Positions 1 through 12,474 of a stretch of 64,000 nt of DNA are shown here, one piece after another (the stretch's first letter is position 1; each line of letters starts with the position of its first letter). The notes under the pieces were generated by a model, which saw only the letters and a program-made list of their open reading frames with translations, made no database searches and was not told the origin of the DNA. This DNA is from Octopus sinensis (Eukaryota), in assembly GCF_006345805.1 (NCBI RefSeq), contig NC_042997.1:21514001-21578000 (forward strand). Direction: 5' to 3'. Position numbers and translations under genes: made by a program.

Positions 1-34
1 TAATAATAATAATAATAATAATATAATAATAATA

Positions 35-65
<31 letters not shown>

Positions 66-74
66 TAATAATAA

Positions 75-121
<47 letters not shown>

Positions 122-147
122 AATAATAATAATCATAATAATAATAA

Positions 148-245
<98 letters not shown>
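1..245. repeat. (TAA)n/(TAG)n compound microsatellite
   Basis: Directly visible trinucleotide runs. Confidence 0.98.
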
Positions 246-246
<1 letters not shown>

Positions 247-1467
247 GCAACAACTACAACAGGGAGAAAATTCATAATAGTTACCAGGTGGTGCTATTAA
301 GTTAGACATGGCCTGGGCCAATAGTGGCCGAAACCTATCAAAGTATCAAAGTATCAAAGTTATACATATACATGTAGAAGAACATGCTGAGGATCTCCTC
401 AACTGAGACTCCTCAAGCAAGGATGAAAATATTATTACTTCTGAAGTTTTGCCTCAGGAGTCACAATTTAAAAAATTATTTGCATGTTCTTTACATATAT
501 ATATATATATATAACTATTATGAATTTATTACATTTATAATATAATAACATTTATCACATTTATAATATCCATATAGGATTTACAATGAATGCCTAGTGG
601 TGATTGGGGGAGATCGATACACTCCGAACGTATAGTGTATGAAGTTGAGGTGGTGACCGGCACGGGTAACCACAACAGTAGCGTTAGCAACAACAGCAGC
701 AACACCAACACCAAAACACATCCGCCGATAGCAACAACAACGGCATCAATTGCAGCGACAAACATGTGTGTGTATGTGTGTGTGTGTGGGGGTCTCTGTG
801 TGCATACGTGTGTGTGTGTGTAAACTAGGAACTTCCACATACTTTCTCTATACAACATTTACTTAAACAGCATCAGTCGGACTGAGGTTATGGTAGAAAC
901 CACTGTGAGGCTGAACTCAAAACCAGATGGTTACGAAATAAACTTCTTAACCATAGATATGAGTCTATGCATACTATAAGGCGCCATTTTTAACAGAAAA
1001 AAATTCGAGTTGTCAATATTAACTTACTATTTATTGTATGTGTGTATGCATGAATGTATGTATGTGTATGTATGGATGTATGTATGTGTATGGATGTATG
1101 TAAGTATGTTTTTAGGTAGGTAGGTAGGTAGGTAGGTAGGTAAGGTCCTTCAGTTTCCACTGCAGATTGATCGATAGGTTCTGCGAGTTACTGTGTAAAT
1201 GGAAGTCGTGTAAATTGAGGGATGTTCTTAAAGATACTAATTAAAAATCACACAGACAAAATTTAAACAATTTTATACTGAAGTGGGAATGATAAATGCC
1301 ATAAATCGTATTTATTATCCCCATTAACTATACTGATTTGGACTTTTATTTCTTCACCTTTTGTTGTCGTTGTTGGTTTTTTTTTTCTTATTGATTATTT
1401 TTTCCGAATTGTTTTAACAGCTGCCTCGTCTAGATTAACATGATTTAAAGTAGATTACCTTATTTAA

Positions 1468-1680
1468 GGCGGCGAACTGACAAAATAGTTTACAGGACAG
1501 GCAAAATGCTTAGCGGCATTTCGTCCATCTTTATGTTCTGAGTTCAAGTTCCGCCGAGGTCGACTTTGCCTTTCATCTCTTTCGGGATCGATAACATAGG
1601 TACCAGTTTCATACAGAGTCGATGTAATGGACTTACTCTCTCCCCTGAATTTGCTGGCATTGTGCCAAAATATGGAACCA
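1468..1680 (+). mobile_element. SINE family A copy (tRNA-type head), diverged
   Basis: ggcggcgaactg...ttctgagttcaagttccgccgaggtcgactttgcctttcatc; B-box-like GTTCAA; same sequence recurs many times in the window. Confidence 0.8.
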
Positions 1681-2217
1681 ATATATTACAGTATTTGATG
1701 GCATAAAAGCCACACGGGCATATCAGATACGCTCTAATTTAAGCAGCGCATATTCAGGAGAGAAGTTTTAAGCACACGAAAGCATATAACATACAGTTAA
1801 ACTCGCACATACGACAAGAGGGTGAATTTTGAAGTTTTCCCCCTGTTTTCCTTTTGGACAAATATGCATCTGTCGCTATAAAATATGGTAATTTTTATTT
1901 CCAAATAGTGCGATTGTCTTGACATTTGGAATTCAACCAATGGATCCCGAAAATTATAAACATAAAAACAAATAATCATTATAACTTGAGCGTTAATTGG
2001 TGCTACTTTGGTATGAGATCTACGTAGCCAATGTGATCTACAAGAGTCAAATTCTATTTTATATTTTTATACATTTATTTTGAAAAATTAAAATCAAGCA
2101 GATTTGAAACAAGTTTACTAATTTTATGAGCGAATCGAACGAAGGGGCGAACTGAATGAACATCAGCTAGAAAAGTAAAAAATAGATAATTATATTTTTT
2201 ATACATTTTATACATAG

Positions 2218-2600
2218 GCGCAGGAGTGGCTGTGTGGTAAGTAGCTTGCTTACCAGCCACATAGTTCCGGGTTTAGTCCCACTGCGTGGTACCTTGAGCA
2301 AGTGTCTTTTACTATAGCCTCGGGCTGGCCAATGCCTTGTGAGTGGATTTGGTAAACGGAAACTGAAAGAAGCCCGTCGTATATATGAATGTGTGTGTAT
2401 ATGTTTTTATGTTTGTGTTTGTCCCCCGAACATCGCTTGACAACCGATGCTGGTGTGTTACGTCTCCGTAACTTAAAAGAGAGCGATATAATATGTACTA
2501 AGCTAACAAAGAATAAATCCTGAGGTCGATTTACTCGACTAAAGGCGGTGCTCCAGCATGGCCGCAGTCAAATGACTGAAACAAGTTAAAGAGTAAAGAG
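2218..2600 (+). mobile_element. SINE family B, near full-length
   Basis: cgcaggagtggctgtgtggtaag head, internal TA/TG tract, tail ggcggtgctccagcatggccgcagtcaaatgactgaaacaag(taaagag)n; matches 41900-42322 and 58541-58938. Confidence 0.85.
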
Positions 2601-3320
2601 TTATTATTAAAAAGAAATTAGAATGAAGCAAATTTGAAACAAGTTTACTAATTTTATCGTTTATACATTTATTACTGTTGCAGATCGCAATATAATACAA
2701 TCATTATTGTTGTATATCGCAATACAAAATGAAGATCACAGTTTCATGAAACGTTGATCGCATACCAAAGTAGCACCCATTAGTTTATAGTGTATTCCAA
2801 CTCACTGTAGGAGAATTGAAATGAAAGTGTCATAGAGAGAAAATGAAAAACTAAAACACGAACGCTGAAGTAGTGTTCCTGTAGGCCTTGGAAGAGGTGG
2901 GAATCGAACTGCTCAAATTTGGTAACAAAAACAGGGTAGTGGACACATACATGGAAACCGAACGAAAACAAGCATGGAGGGTCGTTAGACCAGACGAAGT
3001 TAAAGTAGCGAACGCTTTGACAAGAGAAAAGAAAGGAGAGAGAGAGATGGGATACATACAATCTCCACGACAGCCCCGAAGGAAAAGAAAGATGGACGGT
3101 GGTCACGTGTGAACAATGAGAGAGAGAGATAGTAAAGAAGAAAGAGGAAGAGAGTGAGAGAGACGGGTGAAAGGGAGAAAAAAGAAATTAGAGAAAAGTT
3201 GGGAGAGAAAACGATAGTGGGAGAGAACAGTAAAGGGTAGAGTCGCATCAAAAATATTAAGATAAACTTACTTGGAAATAGATGCGTGGCGTTCAGTCAA
3301 ATAATAATATAAATAATATA

Positions 3321-4598
3321 TCAGGTCATCCCAAAAGTTCTGTCCGAATGTTGAATGAAAAGTGATCAAATGTTATGTTTAATTGAAATATAGTCATCAA
3401 TGTACTTTCCTTGATTATCTATGACTTCCTTCCATCTATTTACAAGCTTTTTAATCCCAACAATGTAATACTCTTTTGGTTTCAAAGCGAAGAACTCTGA
3501 AATGTCAGTTTCAACCTCCTCCTGGCTTGCAAAAGATATCCTCCAAATGATTCTGTAAACTACGAAACAAATGGTAGTCTGAAGGAGCAAGCTCGGGAGA
3601 ATCAGGTGGATGAGTAATTTTTTCCCAATCAAGCTCTTCGATCTTCTGCGATGTGATCTTTGCAGTATGGGGTCGCGCATTGTCCTGATGAAACATCACT
3701 CCTTTTCGATTCACTAAAGCAGGTCTTTTTTCCTTCAAAGCTTGGTTGAAACGCTCTTAATTGCTGACTGTAGACTTGAGCATTGGTTGTTGCATTAGGT
3801 GGTAACAATTCAAAGTGAATTAGTCCTTTGCAATCTTACCAGATAGACAGAACTTTTTTCCCCATGAAATTCCTTTCTCGGTTGTGTTTGAGTTTTTCCC
3901 TTTTACCAAGCCACTATTTACGACGTTTAACATTTTGATAGAATATCCATTTTCCGTCACCAGTCTCAAGTCTATCCAAAAAGGGTGAAATGAGTTCGTG
4001 AGAATGGAGAGAAGAGCAGATGTCAGCTCGGGATTTGCGGTTGCTTTCGGACTATTCATGAGACACCCATTTTCCAAGTTTAGGAACCTTTCCAAGTTGT
4101 TGAAGATGACGATGAACAGCTGTATTGTTTGAACTAAGCTTTATTGCCAATTTTTCAACTGATAATTCAGGATTTTCTTCAAGTAATGCCTCAAGGAGCT
4201 TATCATCAAACTCAATTGGACGTCCTGTTTGATCTTCATCTTCAAGGCTGAAATCTCCACTTCTGAATTTTGCAAACCATCTTCTGCAAGTTCTTTCAGT
4301 CAAGCATTCTTTCCCATAAGCTGAATGTATGTTTCGAGTCGCTTCGGCCGCAGAGTTTCCTTTTTTTTGTACTCATAAAGCATTATGTGCCTCAAATGCT
4401 CTTTGGATACTTCCATACTAGAAAAGGTTTTAATCAAAGAAATTTTGATTCTATTATTCTGTAAAATAATATTTAACTAGTTTAACTGCACACAAATGCA
4501 TAAAAATACTTTTTAATTCCATTAGACATTCTAAAATACTATTAAATTTCATTCAATTATAAAAATGGTAAAATCGGACTGAACTTATGGGATGATCT

Positions 4599-4600
<2 letters not shown>
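3321..4600 (-). mobile_element. Full-length mariner (DD34D-type) transposon, about 1.28 kb, transposase inactivated
   Basis: 27-bp TIRs tcaggtcatcccaaaagttctgtccga (3321-3347) and tcggactgaacttatgggatgatctga (4574-4600); TA on the left flank; transposase motifs RRWFAKFRSGDFSLED, GRP, KWVSHE, HQDNARPH, SPELAPSDYHLF split over frames. Confidence 0.95.
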
Positions 4601-4629
<29 letters not shown>

Positions 4630-4649
<20 letters not shown>

Positions 4650-4770
4650 TTTATTTAAAGCAGCAGAAAATTCAACAAAACCTGTTACTCTGAGTTTCAC
4701 GTTCCCGTTCGTCGGACGTGAAACTCAGAGTGACAGGTTTTGCTGAATTTTCTGCTGCTTTAAATAAAGC
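4630..4770. repeat. Fold-back (about 55-bp arms) of a short hammerhead-bearing repeat at a (TA)n edge
   Basis: ctttatttaaagcagcagaaaattc...tttcacgt / acgtgaaactcagagt...gctgctttaaataaag; unrearranged relative at 55295-55370. Confidence 0.85.
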
Positions 4771-4846
4771 ATATTACTCTACCATTGGTATTTGAGTACT
4801 CTTTTTTCCACCTTGTTTCACATTTATGTGTTTACTCCGGTATATT

Positions 4847-4881
<35 letters not shown>

Positions 4882-5129
4882 ATACATACATACACATATG
4901 TACATACATATATACATACATATATGCATATATGACTACAGGACGTCACAAGTTGTAAACATCATGAAATACGAAAACAAAAGAGTACGCAAACAACGAG
5001 CGAAACAAATGGGAAACAGGACAAGTAACATAAAGAACGACCTTTCATCATCTGTCGGCTGTCCATCTACTCCTAACACACACACACATACACACATACA
5101 CATACACCCATACACATATATGTATGTGT

Positions 5130-5350
5130 ATGTCTTTGTGTCTGTGTTTGTCCCCACCACCGCTTGACAACCGGTGTTTATCTCGCCATCACTTAGCGGT
5201 TCGACGGAAGGGGTGGATAAAATAAGCATCAGGCTTTGAAAATTAAATAAGTACTGGGGTCTATTCATTCGGCTAAAAGTTTTCCAATGCGGTGCCCCAG
5301 CATGGTTGCAGTTTAATGACTGATACAAGTAAGAGATAAAGATAAAAGAT
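5130..5350 (+). mobile_element. SINE family B, 3' half
   Basis: tgtctgtgtttgtccccacc...gcggtgccccagcatgg...tgactgatacaag. Confidence 0.75.
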
Positions 5351-5705
5351 AGATATAAAAATAATTTTAAAATATCCTCTAAAAGTTTGAGACAGCGCAC
5401 CATCTATAAAGGAGAGAATAGGACATACGAAACATCGGACAATCCAAATCTCCGACTCCAGCGCATATTCGAAATTGCAAAGTCGAGAGCTTCAGGTCAA
5501 ATTTTCAGAACATTTTTATAAACAGTATCAATAGGGAATCACGGAGATGTACTTGCATAGCAAGTGACCTGATCTGAGATCGTGTGCTGGAACGAAAACA
5601 ATTGCAGCGTGGAGGGTGTTTATAAGCCATTTAAGAAACACACAAAACCGTTAGATTTACTTCAACATTTAAATTTTCTTCGCTTTGAGATGCAGCATGG
5701 AATTC

Positions 5706-5752
5706 TGTCAGAGAACAGGTCGCCGTCTCAAAGGGGCGAAAATATTTTGACA
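5706..5752 (+). ncRNA. Degenerate type I hammerhead-like motif (G3/C8 core variant)
   Basis: TGTCA-GAGAACA-G-GTCGC..GGGGC-GAA-AATATT-T-TGACA; helix I TGTCA/TGACA; inside a small fold-back (5652-5675 / 5758-5781). Confidence 0.4.
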
Positions 5753-5889
5753 AATTAAATTTAAATGTTGAAGTGAATCTAAATATGGAATCAATTTGCT
5801 TGCAATTTTGCCTGTGGTACAAACCACTAGGTTGTTCTAACACCAATATATGTTTTATCTCTAGTCAAACAGAAATTATCGCTTCAGTA

Positions 5890-5911
5890 CGTGCGTGCGT
5901 GCGAGCGTGAG

Positions 5912-5959
<48 letters not shown>

Positions 5960-6005
5960 TGTGTGAGTGCGTGCGTGCGTGCGTGCGTGCGTGAGTGCGT
6001 GTGTA
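5890..6005. repeat. (GCGT)n microsatellite
   Basis: Direct. Confidence 0.97.
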
Positions 6006-6939
6006 TGTGTGTTTATCGGTAAAAAGATAGAAAACTAATAAAGTACAAATTAACTTATAAAGCAACAAACCTTCAAAGAGGAATCCGTTGCAAGAGAGTA
6101 TGCTAGATTAACGACAAGGAACCGAAGTAAAATATTAAAATAATAGAGAAAAACAAAATTTCAAATACTATTCTCTTGGCGTTGTAACTTCTCGCTCATT
6201 TCCTGTTTAAAATTCCGTTTTCTTGTTAATCAATAACCATTCAAGGGAGATAACATATGTAACTCTACAAGAGTTACCTCCCCTACCAAGAGTTATTTTT
6301 TAGATGTTATTGTGGTTGAAGTAAATTAAATTTGTCCCATCAAAATTACACTACTGGCGGAAGGAATTACTGTTTCTCATATATTTCCTCACAAGGTGGA
6401 TATACCAGTTTAGTTGAATTAGAGGTATCATTTACGTTTTTATAATTGTTTTAAACTTATTTAGATGGTGATGTAAACGATATCAGTGTTAATGGGGCAA
6501 AATGTGGTGTAGTGCAATTCGAAAGATATGTAGTCTTCGTATCAGCTTTCTCTTTTATAGTTTTGAGTAGCCTAATTTTTATCGTTCTTGCTTCTCAATC
6601 CTGAGAAACTATACACATACCACATGCTTATGCTTTTTGCTATAAAGACTTGGTTGACATGAGGTATATGATGTGCAAACATACCTCGAGGATATAATTC
6701 AGTTTCCTTCCCACAATCACAGTATCGTCATTTTATTAACATCACGTTTAAATATAACTAACTTTAGCATATAGTAATTATATAGAACATTTAAATAGTG
6801 ATTATAATAATTAGAACCCAGTGGTAAAAAATAAAACAATCTAAATCTACATATTAAACGTATTTATTCCGTTAGTTTTGTTTTGATTTCTTTTCATTTA
6901 TAAGTGAAAGATAATTTCATGTACTCAACACTGATCTTT

Positions 6940-7130
6940 TATATGTATGTATGTATGTATTATGTATGTATGTATGTATGTATGTATGTATGTATGCATG
7001 CATGCATGTATGTATGTATGTATGCATGTATGTATGTATGTATGTATGTATGTATGTATGTATGTATGTATGTATGCATGTATGTATGTATGTATGTATG
7101 TATGTATGTATGTATGTATGCATGCATGCA
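6940..7130. repeat. (TATG)n microsatellite
   Basis: Direct; explains ORFs 6904-7451. Confidence 0.97.
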
Positions 7131-7289
7131 TGTCATTATTCAGTTTTATTTCAAGATATCCTTCAAGATATTCCTTCATTGGAATTTCAACATCAACAGT
7201 ATTTTTGTATGCATGTATGTATATGTGTAGATTTGTATGTTTTGTTCTATATATGTATTCTCACGCATATAGTTGCTTATCTAGACATG

Positions 7290-7334
<45 letters not shown>

Positions 7335-7489
7335 TTAAATGATAAACTTCTGGATAAATTTTACAGATTTCCACACTTCCAGTGGTGGATTCGATCCTTA
7401 GTCTTCGAATCAGCTTTCTCCTATCTGGTTTTGAGTAGCCTAATTTTATAAAGATTGGTATTTAAGTAGTGTGTTATGTATCCCAGTGC

Positions 7490-8620
7490 CACAAATAATT
7501 ACAAGTATATACCTGAACTTATAATCTGGATAGAGTAACTGCAGTTTCTCAATAGTTCAGCGTAGGTATTCCCCTTTTCCGTGATCTTCAGCTTTATGTT
7601 AATATCTGCTGGACAGCTGATTTCCACAACTGTATAGTTTCTCGTCTCTGTCCCAAATCATTATGTCGAATCTATTGTGTTTACACTTTACTGAGGTTTT
7701 CACTAGGACACTCCACCAGTATTCCTTTTTATTAAGAGTGGCTATGGCTTCCAGCATACTGTGGGTCCTTATTTCTTTGAACTCGAGGTTATCCTTCCAA
7801 TGGATCTCATTATACAGTGTCCTAGCTATAACATCATGTCTCATTGGTATATAATAACGTGGTGACATTTTCGGACAACTGTTTATGATACGAGTGATAT
7901 CTTCGGTGTCAACTCCACAAAGTCTGCATTGATTGTCAGTTCTTACTGTTTTTCCTGCATCTCTGTCCCTTTTGTGCATCAGGTATTTGATAGATATTTC
8001 CTGTACTTGGCTTGCAAATGCATACCCTTCAAAGTGGTAGGTAGTAATCCGGTTGTTCGTCCATGATAGACCGCTTTGATAATCAATGTTACTATTATCT
8101 AAGAGCTTTTTACTAACATATCCATGCATGGTCTTCTGCTGATATACGCTCATCCTTTCATCTGCTGACACATTATGGTAGAGTCGTGCGATTTCTATGG
8201 GCATGTATTTAAGATTAACAGACAAGGAATACTGCTCAACGAGCTGCTTTCCACGTCTCATGAAGTCATCAAGTTATGAGCCTCATCAAGTTATGAGCCT
8301 CATGGTCAAGGGATGCACTTCGACACTCGGTGGTTAATAAAATTGCCGAAGGCATATACTATGACATTCAAAGTGATCACTGTAAAGCTTTTGCTGCCTT
8401 GTTTTCGTTTTAAGTAGAGGCGGTCTATGTCACTGTTGATGTGAAAATTATGCGTGCTGGTTAGTATCCTCCGGATTTTCCCATCAATTGCTCGCATCTC
8501 ATCAAGCGTCCAACAAAGCAGCACAAATGTTGATATGAGTACTGGCACTTCCATACAACTCCAAGACACCCAGATATGCACTCCTCAAAGAAAACCTGGA
8601 TGTGAAACGTTCATCATACC
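7490..8620 (-). mobile_element. R4/Dong-clade non-LTR retrotransposon 3' remnant (post-RT, CCHC finger, restriction-like endonuclease)
   Basis: IDGKIRRILT..H..SDIDRLYLKRKQG; CRLCGVDTEDITRIINSCP; RHDVIARTLY; KHNRFDIMIWDRDEK. Confidence 0.85.
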
Positions 8621-8689
8621 AAAAAAAAAAAAAATCATTGTGCATGGGTGTGTTTCCTGAAGACTTCAGGAAAACTGTAATAATGTTTT

Positions 8690-8900
8690 CAAATTTTGGC
8701 ACAAGGCCAGCAATTTCGGAGGCAAGGGTAGATCGATTACAGTGACACCAGGACTCAGCTAGTACTTATTTTATCAACCTCGAAAGGATGCAAGGTAAAG
8801 TTGACCTCGATGGAATTTGAATTCAGAACGTAAAGTCTGACGAAATGATGCTAAGCATGTTGCTCAAGGTGCGAATGATTCAGCTGGCTCGCAACCTTGG
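8690..8900 (-). mobile_element. SINE family A, diverged
   Basis: Reverse complement of family A body (aaagttgacctcgatggaatttgaattcagaacgt). Confidence 0.7.
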
Positions 8901-8984
8901 AGAAAACAGTAATATTGATATGATGTTCAGCCTGTTTTGGACTCGTGTTTGCTACATCATATCGCACTTCGAAGGCCTTATTTC

Positions 8985-9395
8985 TTTATTGCCCACAAGG
9001 GACTAAACATAGAGGGGACAAACATGGACAGGCAAAGGTATTAAGTCGATTACATCGACCCCAGTGCGTAACTGGTACTTAATTTATCGACCCCGAAAGG
9101 ATGAAAGGCAAAGTCGACCTCGGCGGAATTAGAACTCAGAACGTAACGGCAGATGAAATACCCATTTCTTTACTACCCACAAGGGGCTAAACACAGAGGG
9201 GACAAACAAGGACAGACATAGATATTAAGTCGATTACATCGACCCCAGTGCGTAACTGGTACTTATTTAATCGACCCCGAAAGGGTGAAAGCAAAGTCGA
9301 CTTCGGCGGAATTTGAACTCAGAACGTAGCGGCAGACAAAATACTGCGAAGCATTTTACCCGGTGTGCTAATGTTTCTGCCAGCTCGCTGCCTTC
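8985..9395 (-). mobile_element. SINE family A, partial-dimer form
   Basis: Two consecutive gtcgacctcggcggaatt.gaactcagaacgta bodies with ccccttgtggg tails. Confidence 0.9.
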
Positions 9396-9409
9396 GAAGG
9401 CCTTGCAAT

Positions 9410-9850
9410 TAAGAACAAGCGATTACTCGAAATGCCTAGAAAACAAAAGAGACAATAAAGCCCTTGAAACTCCAAGATGCAACCGGAAATGTAAGATTTT
9501 GTCATATTTCTGTGGAAGACATCACACATGTGATTAACAGGTGCCCAAAAATGTCAAAGTATGACCTCCCAATGTGACACGCTGTTGTCACTAAAACAGT
9601 ATACAGTGCTATTCGGGGAAAAAGAGGTTGTAGCGGAATAAATATAAAGAAACCCGCTGTTATTGAATACATGCAGAAACATTAGCACAACAAATTGGTG
9701 GAACTCATCAAAACATCTGACAAGTGTAAACATAACAAGCCGGATTCTATTGCTTGGAACAGAAGAGAAAACTATGTACCATCATACAGGTCAGCTGTCC
9801 TGCTGATGTGAATATCTCTTCGAAATTCAAAGAAAAAGAAAAACCTAACT
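9410..9850 (+). mobile_element. Older R4/Dong-like 3' remnant
   Basis: Degenerate translation VEDITHVINRCPKMS...KCKHNKPDSIAWNRREKLCTIIQVSCPADVNI parallels the 7490-8620 element. Confidence 0.65.
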
Positions 9851-10212
9851 CCGGACATCGTGGTGGTGGGGGTGTATGATGATAGTGCTAGTGATGGTGA
9901 TAGGGGGGTGATGGGCGGTGTGGTGGTGGTGGTGGTGGTGGTGGTGTGGTGGTGGTGGTGGTGAATTATAGTTGATCTTCTAATCGAACCAAGGAATATG
10001 TGTATCCATTGGGTTTTTATCTACTGACGAGGTAGAATTTGAACTCAGAGTGTACACGGCCGGAACAGACACTACACCGCATCCCGCCTGATGCTCTAAC
10101 AATTCTGCTCACCAGCATTTGAACTCAGAGCAGAGAGATTTGAAGCTAGTACCGCTGACGTTTCAACTATTTCGCTGCTGCAGACGCGTGGTAGTGATAT
10201 ACAGAACTCTAA

Positions 10213-10600
10213 GGCGGAGAGCTAGCACGCCGGGCGAAATGCGTCGCAGTATTTCGTCTGCTCCTACGTCCTCAGTTCAAATTCCGCCGAGGTCGACTTT
10301 GCCTTTCATCCTTTCGGGGTCGATTAAATAAGTAGCAGTTACGCACTGGGGTCGATATAATCGACTTAATCCGTTTGTCTGTCCTTGTTTGTCCTCTCTG
10401 TGTTTAGCCCCTTGTGGGCAGTAAAGAAATAGGTATTTCGTCTGTCTTTATGTTCTGAGTTCAAATTCCGCCGAGGGTGACTTTGCCTTTCATCCCTTCG
10501 GGGTCGATAAATTAAGTACCAGTTGCGTACTGGGATCGATCTAATCGACAGGCCTCCTCCACAAAAAATTCAGGCCTTGTGCCTAGAGTACAAAAGGACG
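10213..10600 (+). mobile_element. SINE family A, partial-dimer form
   Basis: Head ggcggagagctagcacgccgggcgaaatg, two bodies. Confidence 0.9.
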
Positions 10601-10639
10601 TGCAGAACTCTAAACATTTTCGAACTGCCCTAATTGTGA

Positions 10640-11240
10640 TGGTAGGTATTGGCTTGTCAATTTGAGACAAGGACTCAAATTTGAGGGAAGGACACAGTCG
10701 TTTACTTTAACCACAGTACTTGACAGAGGCTTTATTTTATCTACCCAGTGAATGTTTAAAGAAAATGTTGAGCTTGTTGTGATTTGAACTCAAAAGGTAA
10801 AGCACCGAAATACTGTAAAAGCGTTTTATCCTTTGCACTAATGAATCTGTCTAATGTGATGATAAAATTGGTCACAAGGTCAGTAATTTAGAAGGGGTAA
10901 GTCGAGTCCATCGACCCCTGTGCTCTACTCGTATTTATTTTATCGATCCGAAATCATGAAGGCAAAGTCGGCGGAATTTGAACTTAAAAGGTAAGGACGG
11001 ACGAAATGCCGCTAAGCATTTTGCCAGGCATGGTAACGATTCTGCCAGATTGTCGCCTTAATCTGATGGTAACATAGCTTATATCACAAAACAGTCTTGA
11101 AATAGTCTTCGGTAAGAAATAATTTGCGGTAAGTATCTATTTGCAGTTATTTATATTCTGAGTTCAAATTCTGCCGAAATCTATTTTATTTTTCATATTT
11201 CCGAGGTCAATGAAATAAAATATCAGTCAAATATATCCAC
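10640..11240. mobile_element. Cluster of three diverged SINE family A copies (two on -, one on +)
   Basis: Degenerate gaatttgaact/ttctgagttcaaatt and atcgacc motifs. Confidence 0.65.
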
Positions 11241-11703
11241 CCATTAAATTTGTGACTTTGAGACATTTTAAGAAAGCAATATTACCTTATACATAGCCCT
11301 ATCCAGGAGCAGATTTGTATCTCATCTGGTTAACGCTATGACCACTCATTAAAACTTTGATCGTTATTATAAGTAGGAAATTTGGAGACATAATTCTGAC
11401 CATCAACGCAATTAAATACACTCTAACCTTACACAAAATTGTAATTAATCAATAGGACTTCCTATATATCTTTCAAAAAACTATTTAATGAATTAAAAAA
11501 GATCAAAGAAGACGGAAAGTTATGATTAATGTGTTATTAGACATTATATAGCTTATTTATATAGATGTTATTTATTGTTTGTTTATCTATTGATTATTTT
11601 ATTTTATTATTTAATTATTATTTTATAACTTATTATGTGACCAACGGCGTTATTGATTTAAACTTTCCAGCTAGTAATCGATCAATCGTCGGTTCACTTC
11701 ATG

Positions 11704-11755
11704 CTGAAGGTGACAAGAGACTAACTTTGCAGCTCGGATCGGACGAAACATGTAC
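11704..11755 (+). ncRNA. Degenerate hammerhead-like motif
   Basis: CTGAAGG..GGAC-GAA-ACATGT-A; palindromic helix III; A9 and helix I disrupted; next to (TA)n at about 11840. Confidence 0.35.
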
Positions 11756-11839
11756 CACCAAAAGGACTTTTGCTCGGAAAAACCAGTCTAAAACTTTTAT
11801 ACCCACCACCAATCGACAGAAGATATAAAAACGCATATA

Positions 11840-11876
11840 CATATACATACATAAATACATACATACATATATATAC

Positions 11877-11962
<86 letters not shown>
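11840..11962. repeat. (TA)n/(TACA)n microsatellite
   Basis: Direct. Confidence 0.97.
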
Positions 11963-12060
11963 TTGATTTTTTGATTTTTTTGACTTTTCCAGTTTCAGCT
12001 TATGGGCTGTGGCCATGCTGGGGCACCGCCATTGTTTTTGTTTTTCCAACGGATTTCCTA

Positions 12061-12149
12061 TTTCTTCCTGAAGAGAAAGACACAATATGGTCTCATTATT
12101 CAATCGGAATTTGGTAAATTGTGCCTTTCGAAACACGTGTAGAATGAAA
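12061..12149 (+). ncRNA. Type I hammerhead ribozyme candidate, apparently intact
   Basis: Helix I TTTCTTC/GAA(T)GAAA; core CTGAAGA 12068-74; helix II GAAAGACACAAT/ATTGTGCCTTTC (11 of 12 bp); GAAA 12130-33; palindromic helix III ACACGTGT; cleavage triplet GUA; AATAAA just downstream. Confidence 0.8.
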
Positions 12150-12356
12150 TAAAACGATTTCTGTTCAATCTTCGTTCAACTCCATTTCTTCAATTCACTA
12201 ATAATATTAATATTCAATTATCCGCACCAACGCACGGTTGCAACACCATATGGTTGTACCTCCAACCGTGCTGTCTTCTGCTGTGATTTTTGCTACCAAG
12301 GTATCGGTTAAACTTTTGATTAATCTGCAACAAGATTATTCATCTTTCTATTTCAC

Positions 12357-12395
<39 letters not shown>

Positions 12396-12429
12396 GAAGG
12401 TTTGAAAATGCAATTTAAAAGATGTTTAT

Positions 12430-12474
12430 TTACTTAACCGGTTTCACTCTTTGGTAAAAGATTGTCAAAAGTAA
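12430..12474 (-). ncRNA. Hammerhead-like motif, U3/A8 core variant
   Basis: Minus strand TTACTT-TTGACAA-TCTTT(TACC)AAAGA-GT-GAA-ACCGGT-T-AAGTAA; perfect 6-bp helix I; 2-nt anomaly before GAAA. Confidence 0.55.

Noticed and set aside
300-360. GGCC..GGCCGAAAC followed by (TATCAAAG)3
   Set aside because: No CUGANGA upstream and no palindromic helix III; possibly a decayed pLTR but unsupported.
2860-3112. 74-aa + strand ORF, possibly LINE-derived
   Set aside because: No diagnostic motif, and it runs into a GA-rich tract.
8985-11240. Regularly recurring repeats as a CRISPR array
   Set aside because: Eukaryotic SINE cluster: long, diverged, mixed orientation, no uniform spacers, no cas genes.
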